Positions 34,621 through 46,429 of a stretch of 64,000 bases of DNA are shown piece by piece. Each line of letters begins with the position of its first letter. The stretch's first letter is position 1. The stretch comes from Amphiscolops sp. MND2022 (lineage: Eukaryota): assembly GCA_964187785.1 (NCBI GenBank), contig OZ076409.1, positions 51,212,001 through 51,276,000 on the forward strand, in the 5' to 3' direction. A program made the position numbers and the translations under genes. The notes under the pieces were generated by a model. It ran no database searches. It was not told the DNA's origin and saw only the letters and a program-made list of their open reading frames with translations.

Positions 34621-36843
34621 TACGTTCGCCTCCGCTTTCGTTATCGCTCATTATTTCTGATGCTAGTGAGTCATTCCTGTTCGTTTGTGATCTGGTTATT
34701 ACCATATGAGTAAAACGATGGAGCATTGAAAGTTGATTGTTAGAAGGTAGATGGAATAGTATTGAGTTATGGAATGAGGTTTTGTTGTGATTCTATAAAG
34801 CAAGATAGCAACTGAACGTAGTGGGTGCAAACATTGTACTGGCTCCTTTTGGAATTGACGTTTTCCTGCTTCTAGCGTCTTAGCACCTTAAAACCTATCG
34901 GTACGCAGCGTCATTATCATCAGGTGTTTTCATAGTACCAACCAAAGTTTTGGTAAAAGGAACGACCGCGTGTTCCGGTTGTCGTACCAACCAATTATCT
35001 AATGGGAAACCAACTACTAACGTACGCTGTAGTAGTTTAAGCACCTATTTCGCGTTTACTACTCCAGGTTTAAAGTTACGACTGCGTGATTTGGTCGTCA
35101 TGGCAACTTCATACGAATTTAATGAACTAAATACTCACATGATGGTATTTGAAAGGATGAATATGATGACTGAGTGAAAAAATGAAATGGAAATCATCGA
35201 ACTGGTGAAAAAATTTTATTGACGACCAATGATCTTGGATATACTTGCATGTAGTTTTAACTAAAGTGGAATGATGAGTTTTGAAGCTGGTACAAATATT
35301 CAATCACGACTGATTGTCGCAGTCGTGATCATATAAATATTCAATCGTAGCGAAAGTGTAAGCATCATGTTGGTTATAATTGTATTCGACGACTGATTGT
35401 TTCAGTTAGATTTACATGTGATGAGCTAACGTGGTGAACGTTACACTGGTAGATATCCACCTGACTACTGGGTAAACCGGTCGTTATTAGGTTGACAGCA
35501 CTGTTTAGTGAATAAATCATGGTAGTAATGGTATACGACGACTTGTGGTTCAATGCATTTGTTTAACTGAAATAGTTTTTGGGTTTCAATATTTTGTTTC
35601 GTGCTGTTCGAGCATGACAGCTGCAGAATCTCTTTTTCATTGATCGTAGATTATAGGGGTTGTAAGCTCTCTTTTGTTAGACTAGTTTTCAACGCTTCCG
35701 GTTTCCTAGACATTCAGCCAATAAATCAGTCATTTGGAGGTAGAACCTTTTTCAATAATCCTTATTCTCTGTTTTCAGCACTATGACTTCACATCATTGA
35801 CCTAGACTCCTCTCAGAGTTTCTGTTTTTGTCAGATTGGAAAAGAAGTTCGTTTCCGTTCCTCTTGCTAACGATTTCACTTGAACTCATTTGTAAAACAG
35901 TTACCAAACATAGATTCGTATCTTCCACATCTGACAGTAATTCAGATTGGCGAGATCGTTACTTGGCATTCTGCTTCTTACGAAAACGCATTGCAAGAAT
36001 CATTCCAAATTCCACCAAGTTTTTTGGTTGTGATATGTTTTTTACTTCAGTCTACTAGTTTTGCGACAGAAAGTAACCACTTTTGTGTAGTTTGAAAGCA
36101 ACAATGGAAAACAAATTGAAATCTTGTGGATGACGGGTAGATATAGGCGTCAGAGGAGACTGTAAGCGGAAACATCAAGCAGCATGTGTAATGGTTGGAG
36201 TTGCGGAGAAAGGTATTTACTATAGAAACAGTAGTTAGAGAGCAACTGAATGGTTGGAAATCGGAATTATTGAACGGATCGAATAATACTAAGGATGACT
36301 GTAGCAGTTTTGGAAATCATTGAGTAGTTTAAGTAAACAGTGTGTTGGCCTCGTCATTCTTTGTGCGCTTTTTGTAAATGCCGTTAAAGTAAACCATTCA
36401 TCGACAGTTGAATTGAAATTTATCACGCATTGTGGAAGGCTGTCGTTTGTATTTGTTTTTTTTGTGTTAATCCATTTGCATTAGACTATTCTGTTCTTTA
36501 TTCTTCTTTCCATTTGAAGACCAAAGGTGAGCTCATTTCGCCGGGTCGAAATAGGGTATAAGAGGTAATCCGAACTAGGGGTATACTTTCACTATCTTTA
36601 ACAACTTAAGAAGACGGGAGTTGTTGATCCCTTTTAAATGATATGTATTGGCTGGGTAGAACTGTGAGTTCTTTCGTTGATAAACTTTTGAAGTGGTGGG
36701 TAGATTGCCGTCCAATTTTGGCAATGTGGGTGATCAGCCCACACTTCCTGATGCACGGAGAGATGAGCGTTTGCAGTCGATGAAGAAGTTTGGATTTTAC
36801 TTGTTTATTCTTTTTACCGATTTGACATCTATTTGTTATGGCT
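34620..36843 (-). pseudogene. gag: Gypsy gag relic plus leader (copy 2)
   Basis: Contiguous with pol at 34620; homologous to 21105-23157. Confidence 0.68.
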
Positions 36844-37560
36844 GCATCGAAAAAGCACAGATTCTCAATAGACTTTTCTTTGATCCTGAAAATCAAAAAC
36901 TCCCTGACTTTCTATCGTAACTTCAAGAAAGTGCAGAAAAAGCATTTGAGGACAATGCAATTCAAATGATACAGAACTTACTCTCTGCCAAATCGCCCCA
37001 CACCTCAAAAAAATCATCAATCAAGCATACTTAGAAAACGGAACATATGACCATATCGTAAAACATCGAGAGAAGGAAATGAAGCTCAACGGTCAGGAAG
37101 CCGAAGAACCTTTGGCAAAAACCCAAAAGACCGATACGAAAAAAGAACGAAGTTTTGAAAAACCAAAAAAAGCAAAATGAAAAATCCAAAACCCGAACTC
37201 CCCCAACAGTACCAACAAAACCCTCAAAAGTGACCAAGGCCGTTATTGCAAAGGTGCACGTCACACTATGAGTGGCTACCTCGAACTAGACATACGGCAA
37301 AAACTTGAAGAAGATCCAAGCGCAGAAAAATGCCAAAACTGCAATACACCTGGCCATGAAGAGAATAACTGCTACTTCACTTCTGCGATAACATGAAAAA
37401 ACGTCCACTGAAGTGGAAACTCACAGAAGCTCAAAAGAAGGTCTTTGAAGCCTATAAACAAGACAGAAATCCAAATAAATCAAAAACAGAACAGCAACAA
37501 TAATCCTCTTCAAAAGATTTGAAAACGCCACTTCTTAACAAACAGAAGGCCAACTCATAG
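36844..37560 (+). pseudogene. gag: Gypsy family-B gag, C-terminal half with CCHC zinc knuckle
   Basis: FDPENQKLPDF..LQES..INQAYLENGTY; KCQNCNTPGHEENNC (C-x2-C-x4-H-x4-C). Homologous to 55270-55490 and 63870-64000. Confidence 0.82.
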
Positions 37561-37899
37561 AATACAAATTTGCAAGACGGCAGGCAGCATCATCTGGAAA
37601 CAATAAATATACAACATAAGCACTTCACTACAGAACCTGACTCAACACCCCACGAAATTACAGACTCTGACAACAACCGATTCCCACAAGAGTCACACTA
37701 CGAACTCTTGCATGATGCTTCTGATTATTATTTTTCAAACACCACACCAACAATTTCGTCGAACACCGACAACATGCCAAATATTCACCAGATAAAAACC
37801 TTTTCTTGTAATAATCAAAAACAACCCCTATTAGATGAGGACCTCTCTAATCATACACAGTCTGACCAGGACTGAAACCTGTCATTCCAGCCTCTTCTC

Positions 37900-40800
37900 G
37901 CTAACACTGAAATGAAAACGTCGTATTTACTACATGCCAATAAACTTCGAAAAACTAGCACTTGACGGACTCGATGACACAAGAGCCTTGACTAGTGCAG
38001 TATTTGAGCAAAACCCCAACAAAATCAAACTACTAGCAACTGAAGCAATCAAATACACTAGCCTACCGCCAAATTTTTAAATCTTGGTGGCCATTGAATG
38101 GTCAACAGGAAATTCCAATCGGCACGGTGTTACTAGAAAACGAACTGGCCGATTTCGTGTTTAGAGAAAACTTCATCAGCTTGAAAAACCTCTCAAACCC
38201 ACTCATTGTTCTTTGCTTTCTTCGCAAAACCAATGCAGTCTTCGATGTTACGCAAAGCACATTAACCTTGTCATACCTCGGCGTGCAACCTAAACCAGAT
38301 ACCCAAGTAGCACTACGGCAAGCATTAGCACTGTTTGCGGAAATACACACACTTTGCAACCAGGCAAAACTCTCGCCATAGCAAACAGAATGCTCGACCT
38401 GTTAGACCATGATGACACAGAAATATTCCCACTCTCACCACGATTTGAAAACCACGATAGCAATTTCATGACATCGTCACTCATAATGGTCAGCAATAAT
38501 GATATCGGCTACCAGATAATCAAATTTTCCGAACTTCCATATACAATCACCCTTGATACCCATGTAGGGGATTTCAAGATTTTGACTCCAAAACAGAGTG
38601 AAACACATCCAACCAGGGTATCCGTCCATGATAACTGTGATGATACAGCATGAAAATACCACTGAGATCTACATAATCGAACTTTTGAAAGTGTCAAGAA
38701 CTGGAAGAATTTGCAAAACTAAACCCACAAGATGATGAAACATCAAGAAAGTCATACCTCCCAAACCTCGACTGGTCTGACACAACACTCAGCCCTGTAG
38801 AACAACAACAAGTGGAAGAAAAGCTCATTTAATTTCACGACCTTCTGCCAGGCATCGTTTTGATTTTGGCACCAGTCGCGAATTCAAAGTGAAATTGACA
38901 CCCGACGACGACAGACGTGCATACAACCAAAGTATGCCAACCCCAATTAACCTTAAAGACGACCTCACAGTAGAACTCGCACTTCTACAGAAAAACGGAA
39001 TCATAACAACTATACGTTTCTCCAAATATGCAAGTCCCAGTTTTGCACAACGAAAACCTAATGGGCGCCTTCGATTCCTTGTGGATCTCAGAAAAATCAA
39101 CAATTTATTCACCGAAGTTTACATCAACCACAAGCACCCGGTAAGCACCCTATCGGATGCACTACAACATAGGGCAGGGCAAAAACGTTTCTGCAATTTA
39201 TACTGCTACCGAACAAATACACCAAATGGGGTGGCCCCTAAAGCCAACAAAGTCAAAAACTTTTTGTCAAAACTACGTTTCCGCAAATCCAAAAAAGAAC
39301 ATCAACCGTATATAGAATCCTTAAACTATTACCGCAACTACATTCCACGACTTTCTGAACGGCTCTCACCGTTCTTCGAACTCCTCAACGAAACCTCCAA
39401 ATTCTACGTACCCACAATTTTTGTAGACAGTTTCACCAACCTTAAGAAACTTTTCGAGAAATGATGCCAAATTGCCCTGAGACAACCCCCCCTAAAAGAC
39501 AAACAATTTATTGTCATGTCAGATGCAAGCTTCACAACAGCTGGATATGCTATAGTGACTGAAAATGATCCGAACCAACAACTACAATGTAAACGCAAAT
39601 ACTATGCACCCATAGCATTTCGTTCTAAACCCTTAAACCAAACAAAAACGAAAAAGTCCATTTACGCAAAAGAAATTCTTCCATACTTTTCGCAATCGTT
39701 GAGTTTGGACAACTGGTGTGGGGAAGCATTTCCCCAGTAATCGTGTTTATTGATAATAGATTAGTAACACGATTCTTCCAAGCAAAACTCATTCCTCCAG
39801 CACTCTGGCTCTGGAATGCGTGCGATTATGTCATACAGTACTATTTCCTCATTGTTCCTGTTGCTGGTTCAATAAAGACCTCAGCCGATATCCTACCGAG
39901 AACAGAAGTCAACCCCACTAAAAAACTTGAAATGAGCATGCGAAATGATATCCAAACAAAAGCTTTCAACATACAATCATCAGTCATCGTCAAAGAAGAA
40001 CGAATCTACGTCCTACCAAATGATGAATTCGATGAAAATCAACTCTGGTAAGAAAAAGAAATGCGCGGAATAGAGCTCAAATTGAAACACATAACGACCC
40101 AGAGAACAATGTCACAGCACTCTAACAATTCCATGAACCTACGTCAGGCCCGAACACTTGATCAGAATGTCCTTTCCGAGACAATGCCAGAAACAGACTT
40201 GAACAAAACAATGACATTGTCCTCAGAAACGTGAAAACATAATCAAAGAAAACCCCTTCGACGAAAACGAATTGGCCTTTCATTATAGATACCCACATTA
40301 TCTCCACAACATCACAACAATTGAAATCGAACGAGACGTTCTCACACGAAAAAACAATACCGACACAGGGATCACCTTCACATTGTCGGATCCTACTACC
40401 AGTATAACCCCTCGAAAACTTCATCCAAGTTCCTCCAACCATGCATGGTCGTCTTTCCAACCATTCTCGCATATCAAAGATGATAAAAGAAACTAGACAG
40501 AAAAATTACAACCCATTTATTGCCGAATACATCAGAACACGTGTTAGTAACTGACAAACCTGCATCCAAACAAAAAAAACTAACAATGACCTTCGTAGAA
40601 TCCAACATTTTATGCAAACACAGCTACCTTCCAACAAGAATAATCACGGACCTTGGCACCCAATTCAATGCGCAAGTTACACACGAAGTTGCAGCTGTTC
40701 TTGGAAATGAGCTCAAACATGCAGCAATGAAACACGCTCAAACAATAGGGTTCTTATAGTCATGCTTCAGTAAAAACACACCTCAAACTAGCAACAGGAT

Positions 40801-41270
40801 TTTATCTAAACAATTGGCATAAATGACTACTAATTAGCAGTGCTAAATCACAATACACCTTACTATGCATCACCTGGTTGTGAGTGGTCACAAGCGCATC
40901 TTTCGTGAGCGCATACCCATAATATACTAGACTACAGATTAGGCTACAACCCTAATCAATGATATCAGCCACAAAGTGACGTGGCAGAAGAGGTAAAAAG
41001 AAGAATAAAAGTATTTCTAGACCAAACGAAAAGGAACAAAATGCAACCTTATCTCAAATACAAATCCTATTATGATAGGAAAGCAAAAGCAATTCCACTA
41101 GAAACAAAGGGCTACTGTTGTATCTTCAACCCAAAAGCAGAGACACAAGCAACGAAAAAACTTTTTCGGAGTTTGTGATAGCACGATCCGTATGAAACTG
41201 AAACGTTCTTCCTAACAAAAATTATAACATTAGAAGGCTTGGAGTTTACAAAACACAACTATTGCAACAA
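37900..41270 (+). pseudogene. pol: Ty3/Gypsy pol relic (PR-RT-RNaseH-IN); RT lacks the QG/YxDD core
   Basis: DGLDDTRALTSA (PR); SKYASPSFAQRKPNGRLRFLVDLRKIN, then a jump from RFCNLYCY to TPNGVAP (core deletion near 39205); MSDASFTTAGYA (RH); TDLGTQF..KHAQTIG..YYDRKAK (IN). Confidence 0.9.
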
Positions 41271-41689
41271 CACGACCTTTTGACCTGCTTTTGGCTCAGT
41301 ACACCTCTGCATACCAAAGGATGCCCTAATAGGAGGAGGCCCGGGTGAACAGGAACTGGTGCTGCTCGAACGACTCCTGCTGGCTGACTCAACATCTTAG
41401 GAAAGCACAAATGTTCAATAGTGATGATAGCTTTTTTATAGGCAGACTCAAATTTAACCTGCAGGGATTGCCTCCGTGAAATGCTTTTTTTGAAGAACTT
41501 TCAGGCAGAAAAACCCCGATCACGAAGCAAGTCTTTCCCTCTCCCCCTCGGAGCGCGCGAGTTACATATGTTTTTACTGTCTCCTCATCTACTTCTAGCT
41601 CAGAATAGGAATCACGAAAGGAACTGGCATCTTGACTAGTGGAAACAAGCAAAGACTAGCAAGTTTGAATAACTGATGCAACTCAGTAT

Positions 41690-42270
41690 GATTATGTAAT
41701 TCATATTGTGTGAATAAAAAGAGGAGCAAGTCGTCCGTCGCTATCACCCCGCAACATCAGAATTTGGCCACGAGAGATCGATACTGGCTTACAATTTGTT
41801 GTTTTATCGCTAGAAGAATTCCAACCATTCTGAACGAATTGGGTGGTCAACCGTTCGACGCCGGAAATGTAATTCTCCTGCTTAGCCTCCAAACTATCAG
41901 CAGAGTCAAAGCAAGACAAGCCGCGAAGTAAATTGGATGTGACGACTTTGTGCTTTAGTAAGATCCCGCAAAAAGTATTTTGCCGGTCGCCGCACTTTGT
42001 TGGATAACACCAAGCGATGGAAGTCTGTTTTGAGGACGTTTTCGTTGGGCGTTTTGAATGGCAGGTCTGTCCGCCTTAGATCAATTGTCAGGTATTGGTC
42101 CCAATCTGATATATCACCCAGATACTTATCTTGGAGGACACTTTGCAGTTGAGAATATACAAATACTGCGATTTGGTTATATAAACGGAATCCAATACGA
42201 AACAGCCTTTGAACTCCAGAGAATGCGGAATCGTCTGAAACCCCACAGAAAAAATCAAAAGCCATCATAA
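41690..42270 (+). pseudogene. Extra ORF after integrase, SGNH/GDSL-hydrolase-like (degenerate)
   Basis: Track ORFs 41710-41931 and 42058-42270 share a frame, with four stops between them. YVIHIV* (block I-like, adjacent frame), NVILLLSLQT (block III-like), YHPDTYLGGHF (D..H block V-like). Confidence 0.4.
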
Positions 42271-42446
42271 TTGACTTTTCTACAAGGGCGACAAATTCTC
42301 CCATGATCACGATCAACGCACTTAAAAGTCTAGTCATCATCATAGTATGTTTTAGACTGGACACCGGAAACATAAGAACACATTGCACCACTTTAAAATC
42401 GGATGCCTAATATTTATCAGACTACCTACGGAAATTGGAATCTGAT

Positions 42447-42705
42447 CATACGCCATTGTAGGGAACTCATTTTCTGACTATGCATCATCATGTGGATGTC
42501 AGCATAGTGTAAACACGTCACTATGTGGAATTCAATTTCTGACTGTGCGTCACCATGCGGATCTCAGCATAGTGTATTTACGTTACAATGCGGAAGTCAA
42601 TTCCTGATTGGGCATCATCATGCGGATCTTGGTATGGTGTATATACGCCACGATACGGAATTCAGATTTCAACTATCGTCACAATGCGGAACATGGAATG
42701 ACGTA
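42447..42705 (+). repeat. Array A: ~8 units at 32-33 bp period (65-bp higher-order repeat), core (A/G)TGCGTCACNATGCGGA-like
   Basis: atgcatcatcatgtgga, acacgtcactatgtgga, gtgcgtcaccatgcgga, ttacgttacaatgcgga, gggcatcatcatgcgga, atacgccacgatacgga, tatcgtcacaatgcgga. Confidence 0.82.
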
Positions 42706-42999
42706 CAGGCGTAATTATGCTGAAATCTGGAACGTGTGAATATTGTTCTGTGTTCAAAATTCATTTGAAAGACACTTGAAATTTGTAGAAATTTGACAGA
42801 AAGCTTTTTTAGATCACTTCTGGCATTCATGTGGAAAGATGTGAAACGATGATATTGCGTAATCTTGAGAAAATCCACCAATACATCAGGGAATAATAGA
42901 GAAGAAACATATTACTAACAGTGATCAATCACACATTAACTGACGGAAAGACTGGCCAGCTAAGCCGTGTTCAGGCGGAACAATTCGTCCATTCTACTG

Positions 43000-44902
43000 G
43001 GTTAAAGCTGTAGAATAACTATTCACAAATATAATGACAAGAAGGGAAATTATCTCTCTCATATGGAACCGGAAAACTGGCAATCGTGACTGCTTGATCA
43101 AATCCTCAAGAATGTGTTAATAAGGTTTCAATAAAGTTGGAAGCCTCTCGCAGTGAATAATTCAGGCTGAGTAGGCACTGAAGAAATTTAAATGAAGTTA
43201 TAGTAGCAACTGTGATATTAAAACAGAAACACAAGAAAGCTGTGTTACCTTGCGAAGCTCGCGAAATGCATCTAGCCAGTCTTTCTCTAAAGCAGTGCGT
43301 AATTTCATGAGCGAGAAGTCGAGGGCTGTCCAAAAATTTTAAGGTTCAAGAACCTTTGCAAACGGGATAGCTAAACATCTTCAATAAGGCTATCTCGAAT
43401 AAAGCTACATGAAGCACTAGGTTGTCGTTGTCCAGAGACTGAGAGCAAGCTTCGAATTTAGCATTGCAGACTAATGCACGATGGCGCATATTTAAATAAT
43501 CTAATGAAAGAAGAAATGACGGCAAGAGTTTCCTTGGCTGCCAAAAGTGTTCTGGGCCCAGAGCCGAGGCAAATCTGGTAAGATACATTTCCTGACCAAA
43601 AGTTTGCATACACGTAGTTGTCAGTAGTTGTGTGCTTGTCATCCAAAAAAAGGAGTCGGATATAGAGATTCAAGCGACGCAGTATTTTAGCAACTCTCTG
43701 AACATCTATATGACCATAGACTAAAACAGAGTATGGGTACGAACCACTAATATCACAATCAGAGATTGAAAACGAGAGAAAAAGGATACTTGCAAATGAA
43801 CGAGGATGACTTCAGCTGTAATTCCTTGACTCAGAAATCTTAAGGAGCGGAGTGACATCTCATCCCAGATACCGCTGAGGCAGTCGTCGATGTGACCCCC
43901 GTTGCGGAGGCTATGCTCCAAGAAGCTGATCTGGATGAAAATATACTCGCTGGGGCTTGTAGGTGAACTAAGATGCGGCAACCTCTCTTGACTCACCAGC
44001 AACACTCAAGAGTCTAGTTGGCGAGGAAAAGGAAAAATCTTTTTGCTATCCTTTTTGCTTCTTGGAGAGCAATTTGGTTCGGTGCCTCATTGTGGGAAAG
44101 TAATTCGAGGACGCCCCGACTCATGGGCGAAAGTTTCATTCCGACAGACACGAGACAACCACTTATAAAGCGTTTTTGTCCGGTCAAGTGTCCCGGTTGC
44201 TGAGAACTAAAGTACGGGGTGTTTCTTTAGCTGTGAAGTTTTCAATGAGTATTTTGGTTTTTGACGTTGCCCTTGGGAATATCGATGTCATCACCACTAG
44301 AACACAATCTATGTTCCTCTACTGTGCTCTCCGGAATTTGTTCGCGAGTAGAACTGACGAGGGGACGATTTAGGGAAAGAGGTGGATCAATCACTACATT
44401 TAAAAAATGTGCTCACAGATTGTACCATCGTTGGATAACAAAGATCGTGGAATCCTGCTCAAGACGTTAGAATTTGGCGCGTAACAGTAACATGTTGTCT
44501 ACTCCCTCCTTCAACTGTGTCGCTAGTTTCAACGGATAGCTGATCCTTCCTGGCCCCATCATCTTCCATGGATCTCAATTGTACATTTAACACAACAACT
44601 TGAGCATCATCTCATGTGTCCCCTGCTTCCATTGTGCAGTGCAGGAACGAAGTGAATCTAGTCAACAAAGATCGACTCTCTGTGACTTGCAGATCAGGTC
44701 CGGAGCTTGATTCCCTCGGAGCGTTTTCGTTGGAAGGGCCGCTTACCATCATTGAGGAGAAATCTCGAAGCGAAGAAATCGTATCGCAAATGGGAAGCTC
44801 TTCCGTTTGGTCTCCGGAATTGCAAATTACTCTTGCAGCGGGAAATACATCTACTGATTGAATGCCATAGCGGTGAATCTGAGTAGGTGAAGTAATTTTC
44901 AA
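43000..44902 (-). pseudogene. Long antisense coding relic of unknown family in the Gypsy 3' region
   Basis: Track ORFs 44612-44902, 43721-44005, 43346-43642 and 43106-43333 share one minus frame. An overlapping ORF at 43458-43673 and other frames also read protein-like. Visibly more GC-rich than the flanks. Confidence 0.5.
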
Positions 44903-45389
44903 AGGGAAGTACGTTGTCTTTGGCGACTGATGCCGTGTTTTCTCAGTTAGCTCAGTTTCAGCAAAAACAAATAAACTGCTGCCATAAAAGAGCGGAGTTT
45001 TAAACTATTGAACTAAAGTGAGAAGAGGACTAAAACCAGATACGTTCGAAAATTGTGTAAAATTCGAAAGGTGAAAATTATACAGTCTGACTATTTATAT
45101 CCAATAAAATATGTATGATAGATACTACAAGACGAATTGGCGGAGAAACAACTAATTTTGATCAAGGCGGTATGAAAGGCGTGACGTAATTATAACAAGG
45201 CAAAGGAGCAAATATTTTGTGCTACGAGAAAACGATGAAAACCATATTCAAATGTGATTGATCAATCAAATTGTCAATCATTTCTGCCAGAATGATTGAT
45301 TACGTGATTGGCTTTTACAAAAGTGTGACAATATGATGTGAGAAGCCAGCAAGCATTGAATGACTAGCTTTAAATTTGTAGAATGAAAA

Positions 45390-45626
45390 ATGCGACAGTA
45401 TGCGGAATCACAACTATGCATATGCGGCAGTATGCGGAGTTACCATATGCGGCAGTATGCGGAATTGCAATAACAGACATGCGGCAAAACGCGGAACTGT
45501 TCTAATGCATATGCCGACATATGCGGGACTGCAGCAAAGCCTATGCGGCAGCTTGCGGATTTAATATATGGCTGTATGCGGTAGCATACGGATCGGTTAC
45601 AATACAAATGTGACAAAATGCGGATT
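45390..45626 (+). repeat. Array B: 8 copies of a 17-bp ATGCGGCAGTATGCGGA-like repeat separated by unique 15-16 bp spacers (one of 8 bp)
   Basis: Unit starts 45390, 45422, 45447, 45479, 45511, 45543, 45576, 45608 (periods 32,25,32,32,32,33,32). Confidence 0.88.
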
Positions 45627-46109
45627 GCTACCCACAGGTATTGTGCATCACGCAGATTCAACAAAATACATTGACAACGGTGAAGAATGAAGATTGCAGG
45701 ACGGCTATCACCGTGTACTATCTTTTTATGTAAAATATGGACTGGTAGAAACAAATGCCATGAATTATGCCAGTTCATTTGGATCACCGAAACAGTTGTG
45801 TACTATTGGATGATGACCCTACTAGAGAACAATAGATGTACAATTTGAAGTAGAAGTGTGTGATTAGATGACACCCATACCAGTGAAGTGGGAGATCGAT
45901 GTGTCTAATACACTGCACAGAAAATTACGCACATTTTTATTAAGGACAATTTCAGAATTATTTCCAAAAAGAAGTATTCTAAAGTATCTTAAAAATATGG
46001 ATTGAGCATGTAATATTATTTGCTTGAAATTGAAACTTTTCATTAGAAATATGTGAATGGAACGTTTGTGTGAAAGTTAGTCATTCAGAGTTTGTAACAC
46101 ACTGGAATA

Positions 46110-46420
46110 TGATGATTTTGTTTACGTCAGAATAAAATAGCGTTCAAGCGGAGCGAAGGGAAAGTCACCAATAGTCATGGATATGAAACATCTAATCGTA
46201 ATTTTGTTTGCACTCGATGAGGCAAAGCCGTGATCCACACCTCTATTAATACCCTTACAACCCCATGAATGGGTTTTACGAAAACGAAAAAACTTGACAC
46301 GCAAGTTTTCAGCCGGAAAATGTTGCCTTCGTAGGTAACGTAGGTAACCGAAAGTAACATCACCATATGGTCTATGTAAACTTGAAACTCAGTTGCTTTT
46401 TGAAATTTCAATTTCATACT
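46110..46420 (-). pseudogene. Possible Polinton protein-primed PolB fragment
   Basis: Across frames: KLKFQ..VYIDH..; GCKGINRG/LPHRVQTK..IGDFP, loosely like KFIDS..KGxFPHxFN..YxGxxP. Confidence 0.22.
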
Positions 46421-46429
46421 CTCATCTCT

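Noticed and set aside
31004-34713. Numerous plus-strand ORFs over the Gypsy pol
   Set aside because: Antisense shadows of the minus-strand pol.
45390-45626. CRISPR array call for the repeat-spacer structures (also 42447-42705 and 50123-50262)
   Set aside because: Repeats (14-17 bp) and spacers (~15 bp) are too short, the repeats are degenerate, there are no cas genes, and the context is eukaryotic TE. Reported as phased motif arrays instead.
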